Counted from the stretch's first letter, positions 31,133 through 41,702 are shown. The stretch: 64,000 bases of DNA from Vampirovibrionales bacterium (GCA_035285165.1 JAYKHP010000027.1:10169-74168), one strand, 5' to 3'. Made by a program: numbers and translations. Notes: generated by a model not told the origin, from the letters alone.

Positions 31133-32209
31133 TTAGCCAAAATGAGAAAACGTCTTATCAAGGCCCAGCGGCATTAAGCTTCCATCTAAGCGATGCAAGA
31201 CGACAGGAGAGGTTGTTGGATTATCATAATTGGGATGAGCGCCATTAGGAGCAGGCTCTATGGCAGGTAGTTCGTGAACGCGGCCAATTTCCTGCCATCC
31301 TGCGGGCAGCGGCAATTCAACCGGCATCGTTGCGATCAGCTCAAAATCCTCACCCCCATAAAGCATCCACTGCATGAGGTCTTGTTTTTGTTTTTCGGCA
31401 AAATGAGCCAAATCGGGGTTTACGGGCAGTTTTGATTCATCCAGGATAATCTGAACCTTGCTTTGTTTAGACAGCTTCAGGCAGGCGTCGGCCAAACCGT
31501 CACTGGTATCCATCATGGCGTAGTGCGTAATCCGCTTGGAAAGTGTTAATGCCTGCTCGATTCTGGGTGTTGGTCGCCTATGGGTTTGCAGTAAAAGCTC
31601 CGGGGCGTTTTTAATCCCGTGATCAAGCGCGTACAGCCCTGCGGCGCTGAGTCCGTGAGGGCCGGTGACGATGAGGCGATGACCAGGCCGGGCTCCGCTT
31701 CTGGTGCCCAGCGTATGCTGGAGGGGCAGTTGCCCAACGGCGGTGACGTTAATGGTCAATTGAGGGGAAAAAACGGTGTCTCCCCCAACGATTAAAGCCT
31801 GATACGCTTTTGCGCAATGCGACAGACCTTCATAGAGTCCATCGATAAACCCGGTGCTGGTCGCCTTGGTCAGGCCAATGGAGATGAGAAGAAAATCGGG
31901 TTTTCCTCCCATGGCGGCAATATCGCTGATATTGACCGCTGCGGCCTTCCAGCCGATATCATAGGGGCTGTGGGTGGAAAAGCGGAAATGGGTGCCTTCC
32001 ACCAACATGTCGGTGGTCAGGATCAGCCGTCTTTGCGGACAGAAATACGCGTCGTCATCCAGGTGTCCGGTCAGGCCGATGGCCTGGTGCGAAAGTAAAC
32101 CTGCAATGCGCTCCAGAATCGCCGCCTCATTAAGCGTATTTTCCTGATCATTGCGGTGTTTTTTTTCAGGCCGCTCTTCGGGCAAATGCTTGACACCGGA
32201 TTGCGACAT
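31133..32209 (-). CDS. thiL: Thiamine-monophosphate kinase
   Basis: DMLVEGTHF, NISDIAAMGG, GGDT, DTSDGL and GGEDFEL motifs; start placed at MSQSG (track ORF extends to 32341). Confidence 0.93.
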   Translation of the reverse strand: MSQSGVKHLPEERPEKKHRNDQENTLNEAAILERIAGLLSHQAIGLTGHLDDDAYFCPQRRLILTTDMLVEGTHFRFSTHSPYDIGWKAAAVNISDIAAMGGKPDFLLISIGLTKATSTGFIDGLYEGLSHCAKAYQALIVGGDTVFSPQLTINVTAVGQLPLQHTLGTRSGARPGHRLIVTGPHGLSAAGLYALDHGIKNAPELLLQTHRRPTPRIEQALTLSKRITHYAMMDTSDGLADACLKLSKQSKVQIILDESKLPVNPDLAHFAEKQKQDLMQWMLYGGEDFELIATMPVELPLPAGWQEIGRVHELPAIEPAPNGAHPNYDNPTTSPVVLHRLDGSLMPLGLDKTFSHFG

Positions 32210-32371
32210 AAAACAAGTTTCCCATATGGCTAAGGCACTTGAATGTAAAGAGCAGTGCCTGTAAACAGAAGTTTTGAGCTTGGTCCGTTTTGAATAACCC
32301 AAGGCTTGGAGAAAGCACAAGCGCTCAAAGCGGTAGGCCATGTTTTTAGTAAAAAAGACTCAAAACCAAAA

Positions 32372-32394
32372 GTCAGAGGCTATTGACCTCTGAC
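32372..32394 (-). terminator. Intrinsic terminator of the small G/Q/N-rich gene
   Basis: GTCAGAGG/CCTCTGAC stem followed by T-rich sequence on the minus strand. Confidence 0.65.
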
Positions 32395-32431
32395 CTTATC
32401 GTAGCATTTTTTGAAAGACTGTGCGTACCGC

Positions 32432-32713
32432 CTATGCGCTGACGGACAAGCGCTGACCAATCCCTGATGCTGTTGAAGGGGCGGGTTGGTTCAAGTTAAC
32501 CTGCGGAACGCCATAGTTTCCGGCGCCGGAAGCCGACGCAGCACCCAGGGTCGAAAAATCGCTGAAATCAATGCCGCTGTTACCGCCAAAGCGCTGCAAG
32601 CCTTGAGGGGTTTGGCCGCCTTGGCCACCCTGACCGGCGCTTGCTAAGCGTTGCTGGCCAAAATTGACGTTTGCAAAAGCGTTACCGCCTGAATTTGCAC
32701 CTACATTCAACAA
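32432..32713 (-). CDS. Small Gly/Gln/Asn-rich low-complexity protein
   Basis: SD GAGGTG 6 nt before TTG; contains NVNFG and QRFGG, ends GQRLSVSA; has its own terminator. Confidence 0.7.
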   Translation of the reverse strand: MLNVGANSGGNAFANVNFGQQRLASAGQGGQGGQTPQGLQRFGGNSGIDFSDFSTLGAASASGAGNYGVPQVNLNQPAPSTASGIGQRLSVSA

Positions 32714-33170
32714 ACTGTTCACCTCGACTGCGTTGAAGCTAACTTGCGAAGACTACCTAAACAAGCGTTCTCCTTGAAATACTGGGAGAAGCCAAGGTGT
32801 CCTATATAAATAAAAAACAAAAAAAGAGGAAAAGTTGCTAGCAGAATCAGCTACCGAGACGGTTCAGGCGGTTAATATTTGTAACGCCTTATGGGGAATC
32901 GCCAACAGTTTTAATCGCAAGCGACGATATCTTTCACACGATATTATACCGCATCCGGCTATCACCTGGTATCAATTAATCTCAACAATGGCTGCGGGTA
33001 TCACACCGAATCACTTGGGGTATAAGGCTTAAGCAGGTTTAAAAGTGATTCACACGTTTATTGGGTAATTCAGGTTTTTAAGGTTCCGGTAATTTTAGTC
33101 AGGAAAAGCGTTCCCGTCTGTCCACAGCAGGCACGCGAGGGGTTTAGCGTAAAAAGGGGTTCCCATCATC

Positions 33171-34733
33171 ATGTTTGAGCGTCAAGTGACCCAGCAGGAA
33201 GCAAGCCAGCAGAAACAGGCTTTTCGTCACTATGTACAAGCCGCCGAAGCGCTTTATTTGAAGCATCTCAGCGCTCGGGAGTCCCAGAATTACCTGGATA
33301 AGGCGCAAAACCTCTATGCACAGGCCCTTGAGCTAGAACCCAGCCAGCCTTTTGTATTAGGGCGAATGGCCAGGCTTGCCATTAAGCAATGTCGCTTCCA
33401 GAAGGCGGAGCAATGGGCAAAAAAGGCCTTGGTGCTGGACAATCACTGCTATGACGCCTGGCATACGCTGGGATATATGGCCTATCGCCAAAAAAACTTC
33501 ACCGCCTGTATCGAAGCAATGACAAGTGCCACCAAAATAGGCGGTTTAAGAGCGTTTCGCTCCCACCTTTGCCTCTCCCACGTTCATCGGCAACTCTCCC
33601 ATCAAGGCGCTGGCAAACGGGATCGTTTCTTCAACAAGCTTAAAAGCCTTAAGCACCTGGCGCTTTCAATCGTGACACTGCCGTTTGAGAAAGACCGTCT
33701 TTCCCTTAGTGATGCTGTCATCGTGCTTTCCCGGATGTTCTACGGGTATATCCTCGAAGAAGCCAGGGACAGCGAGCGGGCGCTGAAGCTTTACCTGCTT
33801 CTATCCGAATGCTTCCCGGGAATGGCTTCGTTGAATAACGCGATCGGCACGCTATATCGCAAGAAAAACCAAGCCGTGGAGGCCGCTTACTGGTTTGAAA
33901 CCACCATTCGCCGTCACCCTTCCAACGAATACGCCTATTTTCAGCTTGGGCAGTTGCTTGAAGAAAAAGGCGAAATGGAAAAAGCGTTGACGATTTACGA
34001 ACGGCTGATCGAGCTTTCCCCCAAGGATGCCCACGCCCATTGCAGCCTGGCCAATGTGTATTATGGCCTTCAACAGTTTGATCTGGCGCTGAGCCACTAT
34101 AAAGCCGCCTTGGCACTCGGCCAGGATCCCATCTGGCGCTCGCTGTTGGCCCAAAGTATCGGGAACATGCATCTGGAGTGCTATAACAACCCGGAAGCGG
34201 CGATGATGGCCTATCAGACGGCAGTGGATTTAAACCCCAGCGACGTGGAAACGTATGTTCAGCTTGGCCTTTTGCACTTTAAACAAAAGGACTTCAACAA
34301 CGCACGACTGATCTATGAAGACGCCATCCGCCTCAGCCCGAATAATCCGAGGCTTTATTCCAACCTGGGTTATCTCTACTGGATGCAGAACAGCATTGAA
34401 GAAGCGGAAACGCTCTATAAGCAGGCCATCACGCTTGACCCGTTCTATGAAATCCCCTATAACAACCTGGGCGTGATTTACCTTGATTCAATGGGTAAAG
34501 TCCAGCAGGCCATTGAGCTTTTGGAGAAGGCCACTTCCCTTAACGAAAATTACGCCCTGGCCTATTACAACCTGGGACGGGCCTATAGCTTCCTGGATCA
34601 GAAACTCAATGCCGCCCAGTGCTTCCAGATGGCCAAGAAGCTCAACACCTTTACGCGGGAACTGGATAACGAGGAGCTGGTGGCCAGAATCAACCACCTC
34701 TTTGAATCGCCCTCCCTGGCAGAGCAGGAATAA
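33171..34733 (+). CDS. Cytoplasmic multi-TPR protein
   Basis: 520 aa with repeated TPR consensus (AYFQLG, YSNLG, YNNLG, YYNLG); no signal peptide. Confidence 0.9.
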   Translation: MFERQVTQQEASQQKQAFRHYVQAAEALYLKHLSARESQNYLDKAQNLYAQALELEPSQPFVLGRMARLAIKQCRFQKAEQWAKKALVLDNHCYDAWHTLGYMAYRQKNFTACIEAMTSATKIGGLRAFRSHLCLSHVHRQLSHQGAGKRDRFFNKLKSLKHLALSIVTLPFEKDRLSLSDAVIVLSRMFYGYILEEARDSERALKLYLLLSECFPGMASLNNAIGTLYRKKNQAVEAAYWFETTIRRHPSNEYAYFQLGQLLEEKGEMEKALTIYERLIELSPKDAHAHCSLANVYYGLQQFDLALSHYKAALALGQDPIWRSLLAQSIGNMHLECYNNPEAAMMAYQTAVDLNPSDVETYVQLGLLHFKQKDFNNARLIYEDAIRLSPNNPRLYSNLGYLYWMQNSIEEAETLYKQAITLDPFYEIPYNNLGVIYLDSMGKVQQAIELLEKATSLNENYALAYYNLGRAYSFLDQKLNAAQCFQMAKKLNTFTRELDNEELVARINHLFESPSLAEQE

Positions 34734-34773
34734 GCTTCTTCGGCAGTTGACAAGATTTTTCAGCTTTTATTAT

Positions 34774-35541
34774 TTACGGCTTATCTCTAAGGCTTTTGGC
34801 CTGGTTGGCCGGTGCGAAGACCTCGTCCACCATTGCACGCAGGAATTCCAGCGCCTCCATATCCCGGTTAATGGCCTGCCTGAGCGTGAGTAATTCTGCG
34901 GTGCCCATCTTTTTCAGCAAAGCGGGTGTTACCTGGCCATGATGTTCCTGCCAGAAGCTTTTATAAAGGGCCTGGGCCTTGTCACAATAGCCTTCAGCGC
35001 CAGAACGGCAAGCCATCCAGTGATGCAGTTGATGCGTCAGGTAGGGCACGTTGAATTGCGAGGCACACAAGAGAAAAATCCCCTGAAGCTCGTTGTCTGC
35101 GCTTGAAACAGAGAACGCTGGAGCCTGTAAAGCCTTATGATTCCTGGAACAGGTTCCCTCAAGCCAGGATAATAATTTTTGATACCGCTTCAAAGCCTTG
35201 GCGCCCGTTGGTTTTGGAATATACCCATACTGAAAGCCCAGACAGGCAATTGTCATCTTGGCTTGAATTTCCCCAAAAAATCCGTCCGGTAATACGTAGA
35301 CCGGCGTGCCATAGCTTTCAATAAACCCCTTGAGCGCTTCTGGGGTTCGATAATGCTTTTGAACGGCCTCTTTAGCCGCCTTGCTGACCTTAGACAAGCG
35401 TTTTCTGGTATCCACCACCAACCGGAAGCAATCGCCGGTAACCAGCGCCAATTGCTGTGCCACCAGTGTTTCGGCTTCATGGTGATGATACTGTTGCTGA
35501 AACGCGCTCAAGTGCTTACCCCTGCCTGCTTGCCAATTCAT
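34774..35541 (-). CDS. Hypothetical protein (HQLHH motif)
   Basis: 255-aa ORF co-oriented with its neighbours. Confidence 0.7.
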   Translation of the reverse strand: MNWQAGRGKHLSAFQQQYHHHEAETLVAQQLALVTGDCFRLVVDTRKRLSKVSKAAKEAVQKHYRTPEALKGFIESYGTPVYVLPDGFFGEIQAKMTIACLGFQYGYIPKPTGAKALKRYQKLLSWLEGTCSRNHKALQAPAFSVSSADNELQGIFLLCASQFNVPYLTHQLHHWMACRSGAEGYCDKAQALYKSFWQEHHGQVTPALLKKMGTAELLTLRQAINRDMEALEFLRAMVDEVFAPANQAKSLRDKP

Positions 35542-35646
35542 TCCTACCGGAAATGGGAAATAACCCTTATCAGTCTAAAACCCCTTACCTGCATAAAACC
35601 CGGTTTCGGGATTTTTGTGCCGCTCCTGCCAAGCTTTTTCCATTTT

Positions 35647-36432
35647 TTAAGGCTTAAAAACCAACAACTCGCCTAAAAGCTTGGGATTAAAATCTTTCGG
35701 CCTGGCAAAAGTCACCACCACCGTGTCCAATCGCGATGATGACACCTGTTCCGAAGGGCCTGAAATCATTTCCAGCGATGCGGGATAGCGAACAATAGAG
35801 GCCAAATACTGTCGGGGTTTTTCTTCAGACATTAAGCGGATGGTGACCGCAACCTGCCGATGTTGCAGGCGATGCCGCTTTTTTTGTTTTGCCGATTCAT
35901 CAACCGATAGCAACAATGGTTCAGTGGAAACCGTTTCAAGCTTTTCAACCCTTAGATGTTCTTGCGTGGGATCCCCTTTTTTCTGTTTACGCAGTGCCAT
36001 AAGCTGGTTTGAAACAAGCGTCACCAAGTCGATATTCACTTTTTTGGAAAACAGCAGCGCCGAAGAATCCGGCGGCACATGTTCGGCGATAATCACCTGC
36101 TGGGGGATTTTGCGATGTTCCAAATGGGTAAACTGAAATCCCAGTAATTCCAAGCGACGCTTAAGCCTGTAGGTTTTCAAAAACTCAGGGCGCTTAATAA
36201 TCTTTGCCCAGGGCATTGTCAGCAGAGTGGGCGTAGCACTTGCTACAGGTTCAGTGGAAGCCGTTTTAATCTTGCCGATGCCCTGAAGATTATCAGGCGG
36301 CGTCTGGGATGGGTGCAAACGCTCAAGGGGAATGTAGCGGCCCAGAAACCAGAAGCCAAGTCCCACCAGCAGCGCCAGTATGATCAGCAGCAGGGGCACT
36401 TTTTTTGTCCCCATCGTAATGGCCATAAACAA
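35647..36432 (-). CDS. Membrane-anchored hypothetical protein
   Basis: N-terminal TM segment (LLLIILALLVGLGFWFLG). Confidence 0.7.
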   Translation of the reverse strand: MFMAITMGTKKVPLLLIILALLVGLGFWFLGRYIPLERLHPSQTPPDNLQGIGKIKTASTEPVASATPTLLTMPWAKIIKRPEFLKTYRLKRRLELLGFQFTHLEHRKIPQQVIIAEHVPPDSSALLFSKKVNIDLVTLVSNQLMALRKQKKGDPTQEHLRVEKLETVSTEPLLLSVDESAKQKKRHRLQHRQVAVTIRLMSEEKPRQYLASIVRYPASLEMISGPSEQVSSSRLDTVVVTFARPKDFNPKLLGELLVFKP

Positions 36433-36458
36433 AATGTCTCTTCAGATTATTTCAGGGA

Positions 36459-36944
36459 TTACTCTGGCAAAAGGGCAATAGGCTGCCTGCCGCCAAATCC
36501 GGTTTCGATGGGATGAAAATAAAACAAGCCATCTTCGCCAAACTTCCAACAAAGCAGAAACTCTTCATCCAGTGACTTCGCATAGTAAGGAAAATCAATA
36601 AGCCCCTGGCTTAGATCCCTTAAAATAATGCCCTGAGAACCAAAATGGCCCACCCACTTGGCATGAAGTTCTTCCACTTCCCGATAGCGCTGCTTGAGCG
36701 CTTCAAGCGATTCATCATCAAGCTCTGTACCGGATCGTTTCTTGCTCAATAAAATCCGCTTGAGCAGGATGACACTGTCTTTAAGCGTTTCAAGCTCAGC
36801 AAGGGCCTGCTCAAGAGAAGCTCGCACGGTTGGCAAAGCGGCTGCCGCCTCATCCAACGTGTAATACCGGCTAAAGCGACCTTTACCATCCAGCAGGGTA
36901 GGATTCTGTCGCTGCGGTTCAGGGGTGTTGGCGGAAAAGCTCAT
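36459..36944 (-). CDS. DUF2203 family protein
   Basis: YTLDEA..ALP, GLIDFP, LCWKFGE and GFGGRQPI motifs. Confidence 0.88.
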   Translation of the reverse strand: MSFSANTPEPQRQNPTLLDGKGRFSRYYTLDEAAAALPTVRASLEQALAELETLKDSVILLKRILLSKKRSGTELDDESLEALKQRYREVEELHAKWVGHFGSQGIILRDLSQGLIDFPYYAKSLDEEFLLCWKFGEDGLFYFHPIETGFGGRQPIALLPE

Positions 36945-37040
36945 AAAATACAGGCTCTTGCTTCAGGTTCAGTAAGCATTGGCGATATGGCCCCAGCATA
37001 AAAAAAAGCGTCCCGTTTGTCTATGCGTCTCCCCGGCTGA

Positions 37041-38759
37041 TCATCGATTCATCTGGCAGGAATGAAGCTCGCAAGTGGGCTTTGGCGGTAAAGCCGCGAG
37101 GCTTAGTGTTACATTTTCTTGTTCTGAAGCACTTTGGGGAAGCTCGTAGATAAATCGTCCCAGCACCATGACCAGCAGCAACGAAAACGGCAGCACCATA
37201 ATGGGCGTTACTTCCTGCAGGATATCAATACCACCGGATAAAAGCAGGGCCGCGGTTAAAAGGCACAGCAAAACCCCCCAACAAAACGTATAGATGAAAG
37301 GACCTTCTTCAGGCATCGCACTATTTTCACCGGTTTCAGGGTCTTCTTTCACACTATGGGCCAGCATCACTTCAAGGCCACACTGCTCACAGGCCACTTT
37401 GCTTTCAGAAGACTCAAGCTGGATTTCAGGATCCGGGTATCGGCTGAGACAAGAGAGCGTAAAACTTGCCGAATCAAGAGAATCGCAGACAAACACGCCC
37501 ACCATCATGATGCTGAACAGCGCCAATGGCAAACTATGCGTGTAATGATCGAGCATCCCAAACCAAACGCTTTCGGCATCGCTGAAAGAAATTGGAGGGT
37601 TGGCGCCAATCCCCTGCAAGCTTTCGATCCAGCCAATGGCCGCACCTCCCATCACAAAAAACCACACCACGCTAAACATTGTCGGCGCGATAATGCTACC
37701 AATCAGCACCTGCCGTATACTTCGTCCCTTTGAAATCAGGGCGATAAAACTTCCCACAAAAGGAGCCCAGGCCAGCCACCAGCTCCAATATTTCACCGTC
37801 CAGGTCTGCGGCCAGTTGCCGGGGTGAAAATCCCCAAAACCCAGACTCCAGCCTGAAAGCCCCTGAAAATAAAAAGCAATGCTTGTAACAAACCTCTCCA
37901 GCAGCCCATCTTTTGGAATCAAAATAAATATCAACAGAAGCAGCAGGCATGTCAACGTCAAACTGGTGTTGCTTAAAAAGCGAATCCCCTTGCTCAGTCC
38001 CCGGTAAGCCGAAACAAGAAACAATACCGTCATCGCGACAATAATGCCTATTTTAAGCACAGCGCCCTCAGACACCGGTAACAGGCTTGCCAGACCTTCC
38101 TCGATCATCAAAACACCCATGCCAAAGGTGGCCGCGATGCCGAAAATAAGGGCAAGAATCATAAACCCATCAACCACCAGGCGTTGCCAGGGTTTATTGC
38201 AGTTTAAGAATCGGCTGAACTGAAGCGGTAAGCCGCGACGATTGCAGAAATAGCCAATCGCAACCGCCGTCAGCGCGTAAATCGCCCAGGGGCTGAGCCC
38301 CCAGTGGAAATAGGTTAAGGCCAGCGCCTGCTCTTTTGGCAGCCCCGTTACAAGCGGTGGGTTTTGGAAATGAAGCAGGGGTTCAGCCCCACCCCAAAAA
38401 AGAAACCCTGTTCCCATCCCGGCGCAAAACAACATGGCAAACCAGGAAATATTATCAAACGCCGGTTTTTCATTGGGCTTGCCCAGCCTCAGGCTTCCCC
38501 AGGGCGAGACGGCAAGCGCCACGCTGCCAAGAAGCATGCCAAGCACCAACAGCAGGTAGAACCACCCAAAATACTTATAAATCCAGGCGTTGATCCCATG
38601 ACTAAATTGCACCAGCGGGCCAGGAATCACCAATGCCAATAAAAACAGCGCCAATACCAAAACACCGGTAAGCGTCATAATGGAGTGACGCCTTAAAAAC
38701 AGAAACAAACGCTCGCCATTACGCTGCCGTCCGTTGGCTTTAAAGATATCCATGCTCAT
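37041..38759 (-). CDS. BCCT family (betaine/choline/carnitine) transporter
   Basis: SWFAMLFCAGMGTG, FHWGLSPWAIY and WWLAWAPFVG motifs; about 12 TM segments. Confidence 0.92.
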   Translation of the reverse strand: MSMDIFKANGRQRNGERLFLFLRRHSIMTLTGVLVLALFLLALVIPGPLVQFSHGINAWIYKYFGWFYLLLVLGMLLGSVALAVSPWGSLRLGKPNEKPAFDNISWFAMLFCAGMGTGFLFWGGAEPLLHFQNPPLVTGLPKEQALALTYFHWGLSPWAIYALTAVAIGYFCNRRGLPLQFSRFLNCNKPWQRLVVDGFMILALIFGIAATFGMGVLMIEEGLASLLPVSEGAVLKIGIIVAMTVLFLVSAYRGLSKGIRFLSNTSLTLTCLLLLLIFILIPKDGLLERFVTSIAFYFQGLSGWSLGFGDFHPGNWPQTWTVKYWSWWLAWAPFVGSFIALISKGRSIRQVLIGSIIAPTMFSVVWFFVMGGAAIGWIESLQGIGANPPISFSDAESVWFGMLDHYTHSLPLALFSIMMVGVFVCDSLDSASFTLSCLSRYPDPEIQLESSESKVACEQCGLEVMLAHSVKEDPETGENSAMPEEGPFIYTFCWGVLLCLLTAALLLSGGIDILQEVTPIMVLPFSLLLVMVLGRFIYELPQSASEQENVTLSLAALPPKPTCELHSCQMNR

Positions 38760-39041
38760 TAATATTTATTCCCAATGGCTGGAGCATCATAAATTCAAAT
38801 GGGGCGCCAGACTTTAAAAAAGGACAGGGCCAGAGAACAAGCAAAAAACCCAAATGCCATTAAAGACGAAATTCCGGCATTTCCCTATGGCGCAAGAGAG
38901 CTATTTTCTTGAATGAAATGAGTTCAACAAGACGTAGCCACGCAAGCTGTTTATAATAAAGGAAATATATTAAAGGTCAAATGCAACTGCATTGGCCGAT
39001 TGATCGCAATGAGACAGTGCGATTAGCGAAAGGAAAGCACC

Positions 39042-40571
39042 ATGGTATCACAGCGCACCCAAAACACCGTTGCCGAAAGCAGCGAGATGCTATCGTTCCG
39101 AAGAACGATTGGCGAGATACAGGATTTAAGTTCCATTCAGGGCTTGCTCGGCTGGGATTTGGAAACCATGATGCCTAAAAAAGGCGCCATCATTCGCGCT
39201 AGGCAAATGGCGACCCTGACGCGCCTGATTCATGAAAAAACCACCGCCCCGGAGCTTGCCGAACTCTTAAAAATTCTAGAAAAGCAGTCAGGGCTTGATA
39301 TTATCCCGCAGGCAATGGTACGGGAGTTTAGCCGGGAGTACGAACGTGCGGCCAAAATTCCCACCGATTTAATGGAAGAATTTGTTCAACTAACCGCAGA
39401 GGCCCATCATGTGTGGATTGAGGCGCGTGAAAAAAAGCAGTTTTCTATTTTTCAGCCCCTGCTTTGCAAAATTGTCGAGCTAAACCGAAAAATTGCCGAT
39501 ATCGTAGGATACGAAGGCTCGCCCTATAACGCGCTTCTAGATGAATACGAAGTCGGTTTGACAACAGAACAGCTTGAGCCCTTGTTCGCGTCCTTGAAAA
39601 CCTCACTAATCAGCCTTCTCAAGCGCATTCAAAACAGCAAGGCATCAGTGGACACGTCGTTTTTAAACCGGCATTACGAGGCGGAAAAGCAACTGCAATT
39701 TTTAAAATTCATCCTCACTGAAATGGGCTTTGATTTTGATGCGGGCAGGCTTGATCTCTCAGCCCATCCTTTTAGTTCCGGCACCGGCTATACGGATGTC
39801 CGTATGACCACCCGCGTTTCTGAAACCGACCTGTTTTCAGCACTTTCCTCCTCCATGCATGAGGCAGGCCATGGGATGTACAGCCAGGGCGTTAATCCGC
39901 AACTGCATCGCACCAACCTTTCTGACGGCACCTCGCTGGGCATTCACGAATCGCAGTCGCGGATGTGGGAAAATATCATTGGCAGAAGCCACGCCTTTTG
40001 GCGCTATTACTACCCCAAGCTTCAGGGGCTTTATCACCCGCAATTGGACGACGTGTCTTTCGATCGGTTTTACAAGGCCATTAATACCGTACAGCCTTCG
40101 TTTATCCGGGTTGAAGCGGATGAAGTGACCTACAACCTGCATATTCTGATTCGTTATGAAATTGAAAAAGCGATTATCGAGGGCGATTTGCCGGTGTCGG
40201 ATATCCCTTCCGCCTGGAATGCCAAGTATCAGGAGTACTTGGGGGTAACGCCGCCCGATGACGCGATTGGCTGCCTGCAGGATGTCCACTGGTCACACGG
40301 CTCTTTCGGCTATTTCCCCACCTATACGCTGGGCAATTTATACTCGGCCCAATTTTTCCAACAGGCCACATTGGATATTCCGGGGTTGGAAGCGAAAATC
40401 GCAAACGGCGATCTGAAAACCCTCAAGCGCTGGCTGAATGAGCAAATTCACTGGGTGGGCAAAAGCGAGCGCCCCGCGCAAATCGTCCAGCGCGTCTGTA
40501 ACGAGCCACTCAATGCACAGTACTTCGTGGACTACCTGGAGAAAAAATACTCCCAAATATACGGCCTCTAG
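39042..40571 (+). CDS. Carboxypeptidase, M32 (Taq) family
   Basis: HPF, HEAGH, HESQ, IRVEADE, QDVHW and GYFPTY motifs. Confidence 0.96.
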   Translation: MVSQRTQNTVAESSEMLSFRRTIGEIQDLSSIQGLLGWDLETMMPKKGAIIRARQMATLTRLIHEKTTAPELAELLKILEKQSGLDIIPQAMVREFSREYERAAKIPTDLMEEFVQLTAEAHHVWIEAREKKQFSIFQPLLCKIVELNRKIADIVGYEGSPYNALLDEYEVGLTTEQLEPLFASLKTSLISLLKRIQNSKASVDTSFLNRHYEAEKQLQFLKFILTEMGFDFDAGRLDLSAHPFSSGTGYTDVRMTTRVSETDLFSALSSSMHEAGHGMYSQGVNPQLHRTNLSDGTSLGIHESQSRMWENIIGRSHAFWRYYYPKLQGLYHPQLDDVSFDRFYKAINTVQPSFIRVEADEVTYNLHILIRYEIEKAIIEGDLPVSDIPSAWNAKYQEYLGVTPPDDAIGCLQDVHWSHGSFGYFPTYTLGNLYSAQFFQQATLDIPGLEAKIANGDLKTLKRWLNEQIHWVGKSERPAQIVQRVCNEPLNAQYFVDYLEKKYSQIYGL

Positions 40572-40587
40572 CCTTCAGTCTAAAATA

Positions 40588-41415
40588 TTATTTCTTGCTG
40601 GCCTTATCACTATGCCAAAGCATCATATCTAGGCGCTCTTCCACCTTTGACCAGTCCGCATTTTGCAAGAAAGCGTCGATATAGGCAGGGCGTCCTTTGG
40701 CAGGGTCGGCAACGCCGAAATCAATGGCGTAAGCATGCTCATAAACATCCATGACCAGCACGGGCATAACATAAAACGGCACCAGTTGGTTGTGCGCATC
40801 CAACAGGTAATTGTGCAGGCGGTGATCCCTGAGGTTATAGGCCGTCATCACCCATCCCCTGGCTGATTTGCCAAGCGCCTTAAAGTGGCTGACGTAATTA
40901 TCCCAACTGCCGAATTCCTTGCTGATGACAGACTCAAAATCTGCAGACGGTTGCGTTTTATTACCGCCAAGATTATCAAAATAATATTCATGCAGCACGG
41001 CGCCATTAAGGGCAAACGTCTGCTCCACGTGTAGTTCACGATAAGGGCTGTAGGTAGGATTCATCGCAAGCAGATCGGGATCGGTGACACTAATCTGCGC
41101 CTGGATGTCGTTGATTTTCTTGACGTAGGCCTTGTAAAGCCCGATATGTTGGTTGAGTTGGTTTTGACTAATGCCTTCGACTGTCAAAAGATTGGAAAAC
41201 GCTTTAACTTCGATCTCACGCGTTTGATCATATGCGGCAACACCTTGCCTTAAGGGAGACAAAGGGTTTGCCTTGTTTTTGCCAAGCGGAGCCTTTGCCG
41301 CCTGGGCCAGGATCTGGTTATGATTCAAGGCAAGAGCCGTACCGCCGATGATGCCCGCGTACTTGAGAAAATCGCGCCGCGCCAGTTGACCTGTTAATTG
41401 AGAAGAATCGCTCAT
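40588..41415 (-). CDS. Fe/Mn superoxide dismutase with Tat signal
   Basis: RRDFLK Tat motif; QHIGLY, NGAVLHEYYF and DVYEHAY metal-ligand motifs. Confidence 0.88.
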   Translation of the reverse strand: MSDSSQLTGQLARRDFLKYAGIIGGTALALNHNQILAQAAKAPLGKNKANPLSPLRQGVAAYDQTREIEVKAFSNLLTVEGISQNQLNQHIGLYKAYVKKINDIQAQISVTDPDLLAMNPTYSPYRELHVEQTFALNGAVLHEYYFDNLGGNKTQPSADFESVISKEFGSWDNYVSHFKALGKSARGWVMTAYNLRDHRLHNYLLDAHNQLVPFYVMPVLVMDVYEHAYAIDFGVADPAKGRPAYIDAFLQNADWSKVEERLDMMLWHSDKASKK

Positions 41416-41450
41416 ATCAAATGTGCCTCACTATGCTTTTTGAACAATTA

Positions 41451-41702
41451 TTACGCCAGGATATTCAGCTGCACATTGGGCGGAAAGGGCGGCATGCTTC
41501 TTAACAGAAGCGCATGCTCACCATTACCCACGTAAGTTGCCATCGGGGCCTGACGAATTGCGAACTGCTCAGCCGGGCCTTTGCCAGGGCCAGATTCGGC
41601 CTGGTAGGCCTGCTGCCATTGAGCAGCGAGTTGGGAGGCCATTTGCGGGCCTACGCCCTGATGGGGAATCTGCACCAATGCGCCAAATGCTAACGCCTTC
41701 AT
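41451..41702 (-). CDS. Small hypothetical protein (MKALAFG... ending QLNILA)
   Basis: SD AAGGA; 83 aa; co-oriented between GH8 and SOD. Confidence 0.65.
   Translation of the reverse strand: MKALAFGALVQIPHQGVGPQMASQLAAQWQQAYQAESGPGKGPAEQFAIRQAPMATYVGNGEHALLLRSMPPFPPNVQLNILA

Noticed and set aside
32723-32775. AAGGAG-TTG TTT AGG TAG in frame with the 32432 ORF, suggesting stop readthrough
   Set aside because: A well-spaced SD (GAGGTG) and TTG downstream of the TAG explain initiation without recoding.
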